A stretch of 63,401 bases of DNA, counting the filler, from Hausera hauseri (Eukaryota), in assembly GCA_046269625.1 (NCBI GenBank). It is 11 parts of 11 records of this genome, joined end to end, with 100 filler letters (N's around TTAATTAATTAA, not from the genome) between each part and the next. Parts side by side here need not be neighbours in the genome. Positions count along the whole stretch, not along the records: positions 1 to 6,022 come from JBJURY010151977.1; positions 6,123 to 12,427 come from JBJURY010114876.1; 9 more parts are not named here. One strand, written 5' to 3'. Within the stretch, counting starts at the first letter, position 1, and each line of letters starts with the position of its first letter. The position numbers and the translations under genes are program-made. The notes beneath the pieces were generated by a model, which ran no database searches, was not told where the DNA came from, and worked only from the letters and a program-made list of their open reading frames with translations. Of this stretch, positions 1 through 12,427 are shown in pieces.

Positions 1-477
1 AATATCAAAAAAATGTTTTCATGTTTGGGCAAAATTGAAAAAGTGCGAAATGACTTAATATTCGACAGCTTTAATTGCAATTTTTTATATAGTTATTTTG
101 CATAATGCTTTTTACTTGTTATGAAAACCCCGACTGGCAATAAAGTCCATTCTCTGGTAAGTTATTATGTACAAAAACTGTACGTTGTATAGATCTTTCT
201 TAAAATTTTAATTGTCATTAGCAAACCTTCCTACACATACTCTACCCGGTGTGTAGTACGATATGTAGAACACAATGTTTCACAAAAAACACACAAGCAT
301 GAACTTCATTGATACGCAAATTTCAATGTTTACTAGGAAGTCTTAAAAAAACCATGATTAATGTATGTAATCGATATTTAAACAAATCAAATTACAATAT
401 TGCATAAACACCGTCTGTTCAATCTCCGTTAATTAATGTGGAAGAGCTTTATTATTAATATTGAGAATGTCTAGACC

Positions 478-790
478 GCGTTACGTGACTAACCGTTTGA
501 ATCACGTAACCAATCGCGTGACGTCACGTGACTGTCATCATGTATCACGTGACCAATCACGCACTGTCAGGTGATGAATCATGTGATTGGTCAAGTGATG
601 CGTGATCCACATCAGTTTTGACCAACCACGTAAGAGTGCTCGACGCTTCACCTGATCACGTGACCAATCATGATGACTTTCCGCACGCACCGCGTGGCCA
701 ACCACGTGATGCGTGGGCGGATCACGTGACTAATCACGTGACGCGTGGGCGCATCCCCGCTTGGCGCAGAAACTCCCTTTTCCCACTACT
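478..790. mobile_element. TCACGTGA/CCAATCA repeat cluster ending in ACTACT; putative Maverick/Polinton right terminus
   Basis: Dense (T)CACGTGA and CCAATCA motifs 478-750, GC-rich tail, then CCCACTACT ending at 790. The NOG1-like frame starts abruptly at 791. AGTAGT...ACTACT ends are known for Polintons. No Polinton gene is seen. Confidence 0.45.
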
Positions 791-1625
791 AATGTGATTA
801 TTTTGTTGAGAATCAAATTGAACTCTTGATTTATGTACAGTCGTTCTTTGGTTCAAAACCGTTGTTGATTTCATTGAACAAAATCGATACGAAATCTGTG
901 GATTCACTTGATCAATCCATTCGAGATAAAATCGAATCCATTTAAGATGGTGCCGGTAATAAAGTTAAAGTTGTCCATATGTCAACAGCTTGTGAAACCG
1001 GAGTAATAGAAGCTCGTAATACCATTTGTGAACTCGTTTTAAATGCACGTGTCGTGAAGAAAATCAACAAGATTGACACAGCTGCTTTCAGTAATCGGGT
1101 TTACATAACGAATAAAGTTGACAATTCAAATAAAAATGACATTCCCCAAGGGGTTATAATTCGATTGTTGTTGGATAAATCAAACCCTAGTAACAAGAAA
1201 AGTCCATATGTTCTTATGAGAGAACTTGGTGATATTTTCTCATAAGATTTGCGTTGTAAGTGGTGTCGTGTGAAACCCGATGAACGAGGTGATACCATCC
1301 CAGAAATTTATAATGGACACAATATCGCCGATTTTGGATATATCGATGATGCTGCTCTTGACAAATTGCTTCAGGAAGATCCCTATTTACAGTCCCGTGG
1401 ATTTTATGATATAAAGTACGATCCACTACCTGTCGATACGAAGGTATTGGCAGACAAGATGCGCAAGGCCGAACCGTCAAAAGTGTTAGAGAACATTAAA
1501 AAGAAGAACATCACGCGTGTGCAAACAATTGGTCGTAAGGCAGCCGGAATTACGACCAAACAGGTTCGGGATGGAATGGAGAAACCCGGTGTACATGTAT
1601 TGAGTAATGCTAAAGAGAGTAATTT
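791..1625 (+). pseudogene. GTPBP4: Nucleolar GTP-binding protein 1 (NOG1/GTPBP4) C-terminal fragment, intron-less, with in-frame stops
   Basis: One frame reads CDYFVENQIELL..FFGSKPLLISLNKID..MSTACETGV..IPQGV..ELGD..DTIPEIYNGHNIADF, matching NOG1 (KPLIVVANKCD, IPEIWEGHNIADY). TAA at 943-945 and 1243-1245. Confidence 0.85.
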
Positions 1626-1639
1626 TAAAAAAAAAACGC

Positions 1640-2777
1640 TTTCAGTATCTTTTCATGACATACTAATTAGAGATCAAGTTCTACCATCACGGTTCATGGT
1701 TAATATTTTGTTACATAAATTGGCGGAACTGGGTGGACATAGTGAAGCAGCATTTAGAATTTTCTACCGTGCAAAAGAAATTGAAATTTCAACATCTACC
1801 GTTACATGCAATGTTTGTTTTAAAAACTTACGTAAAGAATTGGCTGCAACGATTTCACTGTTGTTAGCTTTGGTCACAGATGGATTAATGGAGGAATTTT
1901 TCTTTGTGCTCGATAAACATTTGGAGGTTGGGAGTAAAGTTGATAATTATACTTTAGCAGCCGTACTGGAAGCTTGTTTGCATGATCGTAAAAGCGGTTT
2001 TAGACTTGCTCTATGTTTGTATAATCGTTTAGTCCATACCAATCATTGTAAAATATCCAATTACGTGTACACAATTCTCCTTAAAGTCGCTATGCACTGT
2101 CCGTTCGGAAATTCCACAGTACTGAAAATTGTATTCGCTCTGCCAACAACAGCATACCAACCCTTTACTTCCCATTATATAAATTCTCAAGAAATATCTC
2201 TCACTCCACCATCGGATCCACCATCATCGTCATTTACAGTTGCAGTCGCCCTTTTAAAAAAATGATGATATTATAAACTCAAAAGCCCGAAAAGTCGGGA
2301 TTTTTGCTACTAATTTTCTAGAGGAAAATGTTTATAAAAATGACGCCTTAGTCTGTTCCATCACATCCCCAACTAATATGTCGCAAAAGAAAAATTTTAC
2401 TGTTTTTGATCAAAAATGACCTCAAACGAAATTAACAACAGCTGCTAAATTGAGTTGCATTGGTGGTGTTTTAGGAGTCGTGGCATTACTGAAGGCCAAC
2501 ATGGCCGATCCAAATATGTTTCTACTGACGAGTCTAATTCGATGTTTACCTTACGATAAATTTACAACAACAGATTATACTTCCAAAGATATTTTTTGTT
2601 CCCATGAGAAAACTCACCGAACATTATAAATTGATACCTGACACAGCTTTTAAAAATGCTTTTCTTAAGAGAAGTATGGTTAAAGAAACATCGGATACGG
2701 AACAAGTTACCGATATCGGCAAAGCCAATCCTATGACAGGGAGTTCACCCCCTATAAACTGTAAAACACCAACAAAC
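1640..2777 (+). pseudogene. PTCD1: PTCD1-like pentatricopeptide-repeat protein fragment, fused in frame to the NOG1 fragment
   Basis: PPR-like helices; CLHDRKSGFRLAL resembles PTCD1 CIQDKKTGFRYAL; LKVAMHCPFGN resembles LVAARDCGLGD; later IGGVLGVV..PNMFLLTSL and LIPDTAFKNAFL; frameshifts after 2265. Confidence 0.7.
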
Positions 2778-3103
2778 TTTCGAAAAGCAGTTGATACCAT
2801 GTTAAAACTGTTGAACCAACAAGACATTAGTACGATATTCTCAATGAAACAGGAAAACGTTAACAAAGAACAGGACGATGTCATAACTGCCGAGAAAAGC
2901 CAAAAATTGATTTTCTTAAAATATATATATCTGCCATTCCTATGTTACTCCTTTCAGATGTGAGTAAATCTGAGATTATCGATCTACTTTCACGTTTTGG
3001 TATTCATATCGACGAGGAATTGCAAATCATATCTCATCAGGCCCTGATAATTATCATACAAGAATTTCCTAATTGGCGACTTAAGACATTGGCCGTTTTC
3101 TGT
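2778..3103 (+). pseudogene. FRY: Furry (FRY/FRYL) fragment
   Basis: FRKAVDTMLKLL..NKEQDDVITAEK, frameshift, then AIPMLLLSDVSKSEIIDLLSRFGIHIDEELQIISHQAL..EFPNWR, matching FRY ([47 protein letters not shown]..DWR). Confidence 0.8.
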
Positions 3104-4032
3104 AAGAATACCATCAATATTTACGCCGGTATTAATTGAATATAGGTTGACCAAAGTTCGGTTATTGCAGTTTATATTTGCTGCTTCAATTTTGTTGCAT
3201 TTGTTACCGGTCCGTCTTGGCATTATAACTTTTTCTCTTTAGTTTTTATGATTCCGTACGTTTTCTGTTGCCTCGGATTTTTAAAATACAATTAATATCC
3301 AGCGAAGGGGTTCATTGGTGATACATTTTGCAATTATTCCGACACCACTTTTACCTTCGTTGCGATTCTAGGCCATTTCAGCAAAACATACCGATACTTC
3401 TTTTCTTTATTCCTCAGATCATAAATTTCGTCTATCCTATTCAACAATTGTTTCACTTTACGCTTTGTCCACGACATCGTTTTTCGAGATATCTTGCTAC
3501 TGTTGACAAAATTACTCATTCTACATTGAAATTTAAATTGGCTTCATTGGACAAAATTGGTAAACTATACTTTTATATTCTGAGGTATTTGACTCTCGTA
3601 GGAATGCATGAATTCGATGATGGCCACGTAGAAATTAATGAAGTAGCCTAGTCAGTTTGCAGCATTGTTAATTGTATATCACCCGTACCTTGTCTTTCCA
3701 AACCTACAAAACTCGACAACGAACCATATATGAAATTTGATGAATCTGTAATGAGAAGAGGTAGAAGTAAAACACATTATCATAAAGTGGGCCCGATTTA
3801 TTTTTCTAATTATAGCGAGTACCTAACTAGAGCTTCTGACTATGGACAGATTCCGTCCCCTTCTAGTTATTGTCCATATTTTTCAATACGCATCGGTTAT
3901 AAGTGCAATAGATCCATTAATCATAGTGAGTCCACAGACCGGTCATATTCTTCAAAAAACACAGCAACTCTCTTACCTTCGAAGGACCACATCGATATAT
4001 CACACTACCCGGTTTACCGTACATCACCATCA

Positions 4033-4246
4033 TTCCCTCTCTACCTTTATGTTAATAATAATCTAATACAAATAGTACATGTCAGTCAACGTATCGAAAC
4101 ATTACAACTATATGCTATCATTCATAATACCTCCGCCTACAGAGATTTCTATCTGACTCACAACGGTTTCATTTTAGTCGACCTCCCACAAATCATGGCC
4201 TCATAACTATCTGTGTATATATATAAATCCTAGAATCCGCGGCGGT
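4033..4246 (+). pseudogene. Ubiquitin-like domain preceding Gag (copy 1; stop and frameshift)
   Basis: FPLYLYVNNNLIQIVHVSQRIETLQLYAIIHNTSAYRDFYLTHNGFILVDL..VYI/INPRIRGG, continuing in frame into gag. Confidence 0.65.
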
Positions 4247-6022
4247 ATAATTTCTTCATCAACCAGTGACATCACCTATAAGGTGACCACAAAACCGAAG
4301 TTCATTCTCTACTAGCCCAAATCAAGCCATCCACCTACTTCAATCGATACAAATTCTTCTCACAAAAATCTTATCAGTTCTTCACCACATTGTTCTGAAT
4401 ATTTTATAGACAATGAGAAGTCTAGCAAAACTTGGTTCCACTTCCATTAACTCTGGTTACAGTCCAACGGTATTACAGACTCGTTATCCAAAGTTCATAA
4501 TCTACTTTACCTTCCACCAAATTCCATAAAAGGCTCAATCCACAACTTACTGGACATTTTTCAACACTCTGACCCTTATACCCAATTGTTCGATGCTGTC
4601 TTAAAACTGACAGAGCCACCAATTGACTCTATAATTCAACGCTTCTTTAACGAAAACTCAATGGGGACAAAAACCCAGTGATTTCCTACGCACCTCGTTG
4701 GCTCACTTACGAACTCTAGGCGTCACCAAGGAACACAATCCGGATCTACTTCGACGATATTTCCTTAATGCATAAACCATTCAAATTAGGGCTTTACTTA
4801 CCGTTGTTGAAAATTCTACAGCCTTAGATAAACTGGCTGAATTGGTACATAAAGCACACAAAGTCTTACAAATCCAGTCACAATCCATAATATCAGCCGC
4901 TATTAGGACCGATGACAATCAACAACATACTTCTATTGAGCACCAATTGAATCAATTACGTGCCGAAAATGCGGCACTACAACACACAATCAACACCATC
5001 AAAAATAAACTAAACGAGATTTTATTGACTCGACGTGAGGGTTTCACACTTGACCTTACCGTTCAGTATTTCGTGGTCGTTCACCTTCTCCTGAACGATC
5101 ACTGATTTGCTATTACCACGGTAAGTTTGATAGTGACGCACAAAAATGCCACATATGATGCAAATTTTATGATCAAAGATACCATAAGGACAACGTCATT
5201 TGCATATATCATGCAAAATTCAGACATAATGCACGCAAATGCATTCCCGGTTGCATGATTAAAAACAAATCCCACCATGCATATGACGAACTCACAATTT
5301 TCGTTTCTAACAGTCGTTCAGGTTCCTCGTTTTCAAAAAATAACTTCGTCACCAGAGTTTTCGGCAAGCACTGGCGAAGACCACTTTTCACTTTCTAATA
5401 GCCGAAAAATTTCTTTCGCCGTGTTCACATTAAAAGCTTCCACCATTGCACCGAGCCCTCAACGCATAGATTTTCTCATCGATTCAGGCGTAGCGATTTC
5501 TTTACTACCGCTCACCTTCCCAACTCAACACACTTCATCCAAAATTACACCTTTATTTACAGCCTCCGGACAACCGCTCCATGTTTCCGGTACATGTAGG
5601 CTTTCTTTTGTCCTTCCGAAATTTACTCAAACATTCCACTGGATATTTACCGTCACAAATATCCAAACAGCCATTTTAGAATCCGATTTTCTTTCGCACT
5701 ATAACCTCCTTGTAGATTGCAAACAACGCTGATTAACAAGTGGTCGCAATAAGGAGCGATTCAATCACGACGATACAATTTCAGCTGTCGTACGGTTGAA
5801 TTCAGCTCAAATGCCGATATTAAAAAAATCGTTAAACAAACCTCTTTTACAACCATGGCATCTTATTTAATAAATCACTAAAGAACAACGTTATTGACGA
5901 TTGGGGTTTGCACAGAGATGAAAGTGATTCTGTTACCACTGCCAAATCCTTCGATAAAACTACAAACTACAATATCATCTTCAATACTACCATCCTGCAT
6001 CGAATACCACTTCATTCTCGAC
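4247..6022 (+). mobile_element. Ty3/Gypsy element copy 1: decayed gag, protease and PR-RT spacer; truncated by contig end
   Basis: YFIDNEKSSKTW..DPYTQLFDAVLK..LDKLAEL gag motifs; CYYH and CIYH zinc knuckles; protease FLIDSGVAISLLP..ILESDFLSHYNLLVD; homologous to 15704-18737 and 51949-53930. Confidence 0.9.
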
Positions 6023-6122
6023 NNNNNNNNNNNNNNNNNNNNNNNNNNNNNNNNNNNNNNNNNNNNTTAATTAATTAANNNNNNNNNNNNNNNNNNNNNN
6101 NNNNNNNNNNNNNNNNNNNNNN
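6023..6122. other. Artificial contig linker (44 N + TTAATTAATTAA + 44 N); first of ten
   Basis: Identical 100-nt linkers with stops in all six frames also at 12428-12527, 18738-18837, 23644-23743, 34790-34889, 39202-39301, 43705-43804, 48687-48786, 53931-54030, 58628-58727. Adjacency across linkers has no biological meaning. Confidence 0.99.
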
Positions 6123-7879
6123 TGATCGGAGGATTGTCCACACGGAAATTAAAGGGATTGCCAATTTTTAAATCATATTGTCACAATATTGTCAACTGCA
6201 CTATGGTAATTGCGATCACAGTAGCCAAAGTTCTTAGAAAAACATTCTTAGAAAAACCCACCGAATATCAAATAATTCGCATTGTCGAATTCAAACAGTT
6301 ACGAACACAAAATAAATATAATGGAGATTCGGTATGTTGCATATGTAATGAACCATGACTTACGACTGATGCAGAGTCAAACGGAATTGAGAAAACCCCC
6401 AATTGGATAATTACATAAAATGAAATTATATTTGATAGTCAAGACAAATGATGAGGTTATCATTTAAATTAGATTAATTCCCAGCATTATGCTATTAATT
6501 TCGTTAGGAGACTTCTAATATGATTTCACAATTTTATGAATTAGTATCTTACAACGGTATATCAAATAAATATTTTCTATGTTCAAATCACAAAGAAAAG
6601 TTACAAACGAAAATTTAAACCTGAGTTATCGCTTCATTATTACACACGGTCAACATGCAATCATATATCAACGATATTTCTACTACCATTACTCATATGT
6701 TAGCATTAAGTTAATTTCATTCCAATTTAAATGAACATTGATTTTTCATTATTGAACAGTAGAATAGTATAATTTTTATTATGGTATGATAATTGAGTCT
6801 ACTTTTTGTTGATTAATAATATCCCATTCATTTTTACTTTACTAATATTACACAAAATGAAATTCTATATTACGACTTGTCCAGTTTGTCGATATGGCTA
6901 GTTAGAAAGTACAGAAACGCCACCATAATAAATGCGAGATGAGAACAAAATGTTATTTTTAAACCCATAGCAACATTAAACATTTGAACTATTCAATGAA
7001 TTGGCGCTAACTTTATTGCCATTGATCGATATCCATTAATTTCCACGTATTGTTCAAGAAACAATTCCGAAATATATTAANNNNNNNNNNACGTTTCCAA
7101 CTCATAAAAATTTTCCGCGTAAAAAATGAAATACTGAGGAGTAGACACTGTAAAATTTATGTCTGTCAGCTGTGCATACTGTTCATTGTTCCGTTCACGG
7201 TCTTGGACACAATCATATTCGGGGTTGCCACTTTTATATATCAATGGTACTTTAAACGATGGATGATGTAGCAACAGTCTGAATTTATTTTGAGGAATGA
7301 TTTATACACTGCATAAATAAGGTTATAAATATAAATTATCGGCACTTCTGTGTTATATGTTACGTCTGCTTCTGTACTTCTTTATTAATTTAATACTAAT
7401 AGAGGCAGATCGACATTTTGTGCTTGAGTAAATGTAATCATTACTTTGAATTTTATGCAAACACAAGACTAATATACAGTGCTGCTAGAAAGTTTAAAGA
7501 TTAGTAAAAAAGAAGATTAATTTCAGATTAAAGATTTATGTTCATCATAATCACCGATTCAACACCTTCAATGGGCATTCAGTCAATAGTTAAATACACA
7601 CGAGATTATGTCACTAATTTTGCATGATCCAATTTTATCTCGCAAGGTCGAATTTCGTTTTCGTAATGTCTATTTTGAGAATTGATGTTACTAAGATAAT
7701 ATGTACAGGCACTTCTCTATTACAAGCATCCCCTGGTACTTCTTTACTATGCACTACATACAATATAAATGTTCTCCAATTAATTCGACAGAACCAGAGT
7801 TTGGAAAAAAAAATTTAATAGACAGAAGGGGGATAGTGAAGAAGTACACGAGGAATGTGCCAAAATTAAGTAGTTGTAC

Positions 7880-8186
7880 GATTCTACAACGGAGATTTTA
7901 AATGACACCATTTCGCACTTGTTCACATCTCCCTCATTATGACAAAAATTTCGTTCCTCTTTTCGAACTGATGTTCTTTTTAATATTCGATTTGTTTTTT
8001 TTGATGTTCTGTAAATCTAAAATGTATTCGTCTAATAAACAATCGCATATTCTCTCATGAATAAATTTAGGTTAGGTACAACTGTGACCACAGATTACAG
8101 GTCACATATTCAATGAACGTAGTGAGGGAGGTTTGAACAAGTGCGAAATGCTGTCATATTTAAATGCTCCAAATGCATTATTTTGA
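7880..8186. mobile_element. MITE-like element with imperfect terminal inverted repeats
   Basis: TGACACCATTTCGCACTTGTTCA (~7903-7925) is inverted relative to TGAACAAGTGCGAAATGCTGTCA (~8134-8156); same family at 38722-39150. Confidence 0.6.
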
Positions 8187-8404
8187 TAATTGGTGTCAAT
8201 AGGATAAAATTTATATAGGCACTACTGTATTATATGCCTCCCTAGTACTTCTTTTCTCCCATTAATTCGACAGAACAACAGTTTCGAAAGAAACTTCAAT
8301 AAATTGAAATGGGGATAGTGAAGAAGTACCAGAGTAACTACATAGTACAGAAGGTTCAATTTTCCCAAAATTTCAAGGTAATAATGCAAAATTTAAAAAC
8401 TAAC

Positions 8405-8703
8405 GGATTAATACAACTGATATGTATGTCTGCGTTCACTAAATTTTTGCATTTATGCACGGTGACGTTGAGAATTGACGTATTGTCATCGAATAGTAAT
8501 GAAAGCATAACCTCGCCGGACTGCATAGGATTGGAACATATGAAATAAAACGGGTCATTGTAATCAGGATAATTATTCGGAGTAGATGACCGAAATGACT
8601 GAACGTCTTCGGAAGGTTCAACTAACGCGTTGTTTTGATTGATTATTTGAAGTGGTCTGAAATAACATTTGGAGTTTGAGCCAATATTTAATCCGGCAGA
8701 CAC
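8405..8703 (-). CDS. Single exon encoding the start of a synaptotagmin-like C2 domain
   Basis: Acceptor TTTTTAG before 8703; GEVMLSLLFDDNTSILNVTVHKCKNLVNAD..CINP then GTTAG donor at the usual position before YVK. Confidence 0.65.
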
Positions 8704-9077
8704 CTAAAAAGAAAATAATATCACATTGGAATCGATAGATGAACGAAAAATTATTGATTTTTAATTGCGTGAGAATAATTGATGTTATGGTAATTCTCAA
8801 GACAGCAACATATAAGCCGGAATCGGTGAGGTTAATAATTTCAATCTATTCTCAGCTTATTTTCACAGTTCATCGACTACATCAAAGTGATTGACTAAAT
8901 ATGATATATGGTTGAAAATTAATAATTCTCTCACTATTCCTCTGTCATTAGACAACTTAATGAAAATTATTTTCTGTTAGCTCTTACATAGAACACATTT
9001 TCGGTGAACAGTATTTTTGAAATTTTCTAGAGGTACCCGGTTACAAAATTATTCCAACTTGATGTTGAATTGATTCT

Positions 9078-9841
9078 TGTTATATATTGGGGTGGCCCTT
9101 AACGATCTCCCGCTATATAACAGTAAGTTACTCTTTGGTTTATTAACCTTATGCAGATTCGGTTTGACGTTCTCGTCAAACGAATGTGCCGATGTGTAAC
9201 GATTTTAGCAGATGCGTGTACTGCGGGCAAATCCTGTGCTTGGTTAATTATAATTCTGGTAGCTATATAATTTAAAGTCTGATTTTACCCTTATTGTTGT
9301 CAAACCAGCTTTAAGAGCCGGTGGAAACTATAGTAGGAAGTTAAAACGATGTAAGCACAAATAAATAATATTACCACAATAACACAATCGTAACAGGATA
9401 AATCACTAGCGAATAAGTCAACAATGATTTGGAGCACAACTTGGCACTGCGATTCAACTTGGGTTTTTAAAACAATCGGTCGGAAACTGATCGACGCTAA
9501 AGTCGGAAATATCTTTAAAGAAAACTTTTACAGATGATCGGTTTCTAACGACGCTAAAGTCGTGAAAATAATGTTCTACTCTATTCTGATTTGGCTACGT
9601 TTATATAGTAGTTCATTGTGCAGGCATCCACAATTTCTATTAATTTCTTATGGCATGCTATGTAGGCGTCCGCAATTTTTCTCTATTTTTGATCGATTTT
9701 TCACAGCCCAATTCCAATGCATGCATCACTAATATAATTATAATCTACCGAATTTTATCTATTTACAGTAAACGATTGATATTTACAGCATCTCCTACGA
9801 TTTGACATTTACGACATAGCCTGCGGTTGACATTTACAACA
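9078..9841 (-). mobile_element. 3' LTR (~760 bp) of env/RING element copy A
   Basis: Minus strand starts TGTTGTA right after PPT AGGGAGGAGAAA (9853-9842) and ends TATAACA at 9078; shares CGCAGTACA(C/A)GCATC with the LTR at 48107-48686. The left boundary is inferred. Confidence 0.7.
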
Positions 9842-12116
9842 TTTCTCCTCCCTGAGCGACATCCTCGGATGTGCTTATTGCGTCAGAAAAGGTGGCGCCA
9901 TCATTTGAGCGTTGTAAGGCATTTAGCCTTTGTCGTAAATCGCTTTGGGAATTGATTCGCATACTAGTTTTGGGATTCTGCTCCAAGAAATAAGCAGTAG
10001 GTGTTTCATATCGACTACTCGATTATTTTCGCTACGTGAAAAGTATTTTAACTGGGATGCCTTTGCTTGGCATACTGGCCATGTCGTTTTTCCATTAATC
10101 AGCGTCCATTGTTCCAGACAATCTCGACAATGACGAAGTCTACAGTTCTTATTTGCTAAAATTACATAGCTTTGCCACAAATTGGCTTCACGTACGAGGC
10201 AATAATTTTGGGTATCCTTATCCAAATCACAGTCCGTAACCCATGTTATCTCTTGGAACAATAATCCTTTTGGATTCTTATAAAGGTATGCATGCAGTTG
10301 CTTTTGATCTGGGTCGACTGAACTTTTTCGTGGGTCCTCATTAACGGCTATTAGGGTCCACTCAATTACGGGTTGAGCATCTAGGTCTAAAATTCCCATT
10401 TTCTTGTACTGTTTCTTTATCTCTATTCTGGTCTGGTTATCAACTGGTACAGTTATTTTCTTGGTCCCTATTTTTGACTTGAATACTGGCGTCAAGTATT
10501 TTCCTAGTTTTGGGTCAATTCGTGCGTAGGCATTTTCGTTCAGTTCTAATATCGGTACTGTATGGATATAAAATATCGCTTCCTTGATATTTTCATGGCT
10601 TACATATTCTGCCATTATCAGGATGCTAGGTTGTTCTTCCATGTCCTTGTGGCCCTCTGTGATTATAATTTCTTTGTCTTGTCCCCTTTTTAGTACATTC
10701 ACTTCCGTAAGTCTCTTTGGTATATTTTCAGTAGGGTACTTTTTGATTTGTTCAGTTTGGGCTGATCCCTTTTCTTCTTTAGAAATCCGAATATTGATTT
10801 CTTTTTCTTTTCTGGAGACGAGTCTCTTAATTTGGGTTTTTTGGTTGATGTTCCTTGGTAGCTCTCCTCGATTTTTTTGTTTTTATGGGTATTTGGAATC
10901 CATATGTAATAGTACTTGATTTATGTTGGGCAGTATCTTGGTTTGAAACTGTAAATTGCATATTATTATCCTTGTTTGATACCGTAATTCGCATACTATT
11001 ATTTCTTTTGGATTCGACAATTCGCGTCGGCGAATACGGATGGAATTGTTTTCGGTGGCGCGAATTCAACTCCTTTAGATTCATACTGCTCTGCAGGTTA
11101 TTTTTAGGATGTAATGGTGACCATTCATGATCCCATTTGATTGTGGCGTAAATATCGCGCAAGTATTGGGTTCTTTTGGTAGCGGACAACTGTCGATTGA
11201 TTCTATAGTGGGTTCCGATCATGATTTCTATCATTCCCTTGAAATGCGTTTCCATGGTCATTGGAGCGGGTCGATTTACATTATCCATTTTCTCCTTAAT
11301 CTTGGGGTGAGCCCAAAACTCTTGTATCCCTGCTATATTTTTAGGGTTAATTTTCAGTTTGTCGATTTGTTCCTGGGTTTGGAATCCCGCGATTATACAA
11401 CTATACAAACAGTGGTTTAGTTCCATTTCTACAGCTTTTGTGTCTTTCCCATTTATCAAATCTTAATTTCTTATGCCTGTTATTTCCGCAAACGTTTCCT
11501 TTACTCTTTTGCGAGGAGAATTTCCATCATCCCCTTCTCCGTAGTTTCAGGCAATTATGCGAACGTTTCGCCCATCCTGTACCACTTTATATGACCATAA
11601 ATGTTGGTCTATTTGATATTCCGTCGGATACTGATAGTATATTAGGGGAGGCAGGGGTATGGTTAGGATTTCTTCACAGGTAATCTCTATTATAAATTTT
11701 ACGGGTAGGGATGCGATTCTTAATTCCACTTCTTCTCTCGTCAAGCTTTTTCCATGTATTGCCTTCCGTTGTTTGCGTCCCAGTTTTGTTCAGTCAGTCA
11801 ATAATAAACTTCCCCTTCTGCCAAGTGTATATACACGTCACTGTGCTGCCACAATTTAAATTACAATAAATATTTTAGACGATAGCTTCGTGCATCTTTA
11901 TTTTTCCTCATCGCATATAATCTCAACACTCGATTCTCTTCGACAATTCCCTTTAGATGGTTAGGAATTTCATCCACCTTATTGTATTCGATTGCTGTCT
12001 CGTTCTGTAGTTCCAGGTTGATTTGTCTAGATTGCTTTGGAATTAAGGGTGATGATGATTGCGTTCTCTTGTAAGAATCCGTCGATATTCATGTAAGAGT
12101 TGCTGCTGGTTGCCAT
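9834..12116 (-). pseudogene. Large accessory ORF with degenerate C-terminal RING finger (copy A; frameshifts and stops)
   Basis: Collinear with 45682-48114: EENRVLRLYAMR, LRIASLPVKFIIEIT, EAIFYIHTVP, EDPRKSSVDPDQK, C-terminus QGGEML*. Confidence 0.85.
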
Positions 12117-12227
12117 AATATTCACCAGTCTGAAATAAAACAAATCAAGGTTAATCCTAAGACAGATCTTTGTTTCATTACAAATCAATTTCCCTGTCTG
12201 ATGATAGAATAACCCGATCTGTAGTTG

Positions 12228-12427
12228 TCAGGTTATTTTATCATATAAATCACTGGTAAACCACCCTTATCCGTCCTTATTTTTGTGCTGTTTTCTACAA
12301 TTTTTGGCAGCTATATAAAATGACGCAATTAATATTAATAAGACGAACGTTGACACTCCAATAGTCGATATAATAGATGAAGTTGTTAATTCAATTGGTT
12401 TCTGTGTTGTCATATATGTAGTAATTG
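12228..12427 (-). pseudogene. C-terminus of env-like membrane protein (copy A)
   Basis: TM helix IISTIGVSTFVLLILIASFYIAA, then KNCRK..LYDKIT*; homologous to the end of 44285-45578. Confidence 0.8.

Noticed and set aside
3334-3519. Myb/SANT-like minus-strand ORF
   Set aside because: Only Trp spacing suggests it; 61 aa with no context.
6067-6078. Recurrent TTAATTAATTAA palindrome
   Set aside because: Artificial six-frame stop linker inside N runs.
6123-7271. Possible RING (CCICNEP), GPCR (IAIDRY) and DHHC (RSRHCK) remnants
   Set aside because: Motifs are too short and surrounded by stops; may be another mosaic but cannot be supported.
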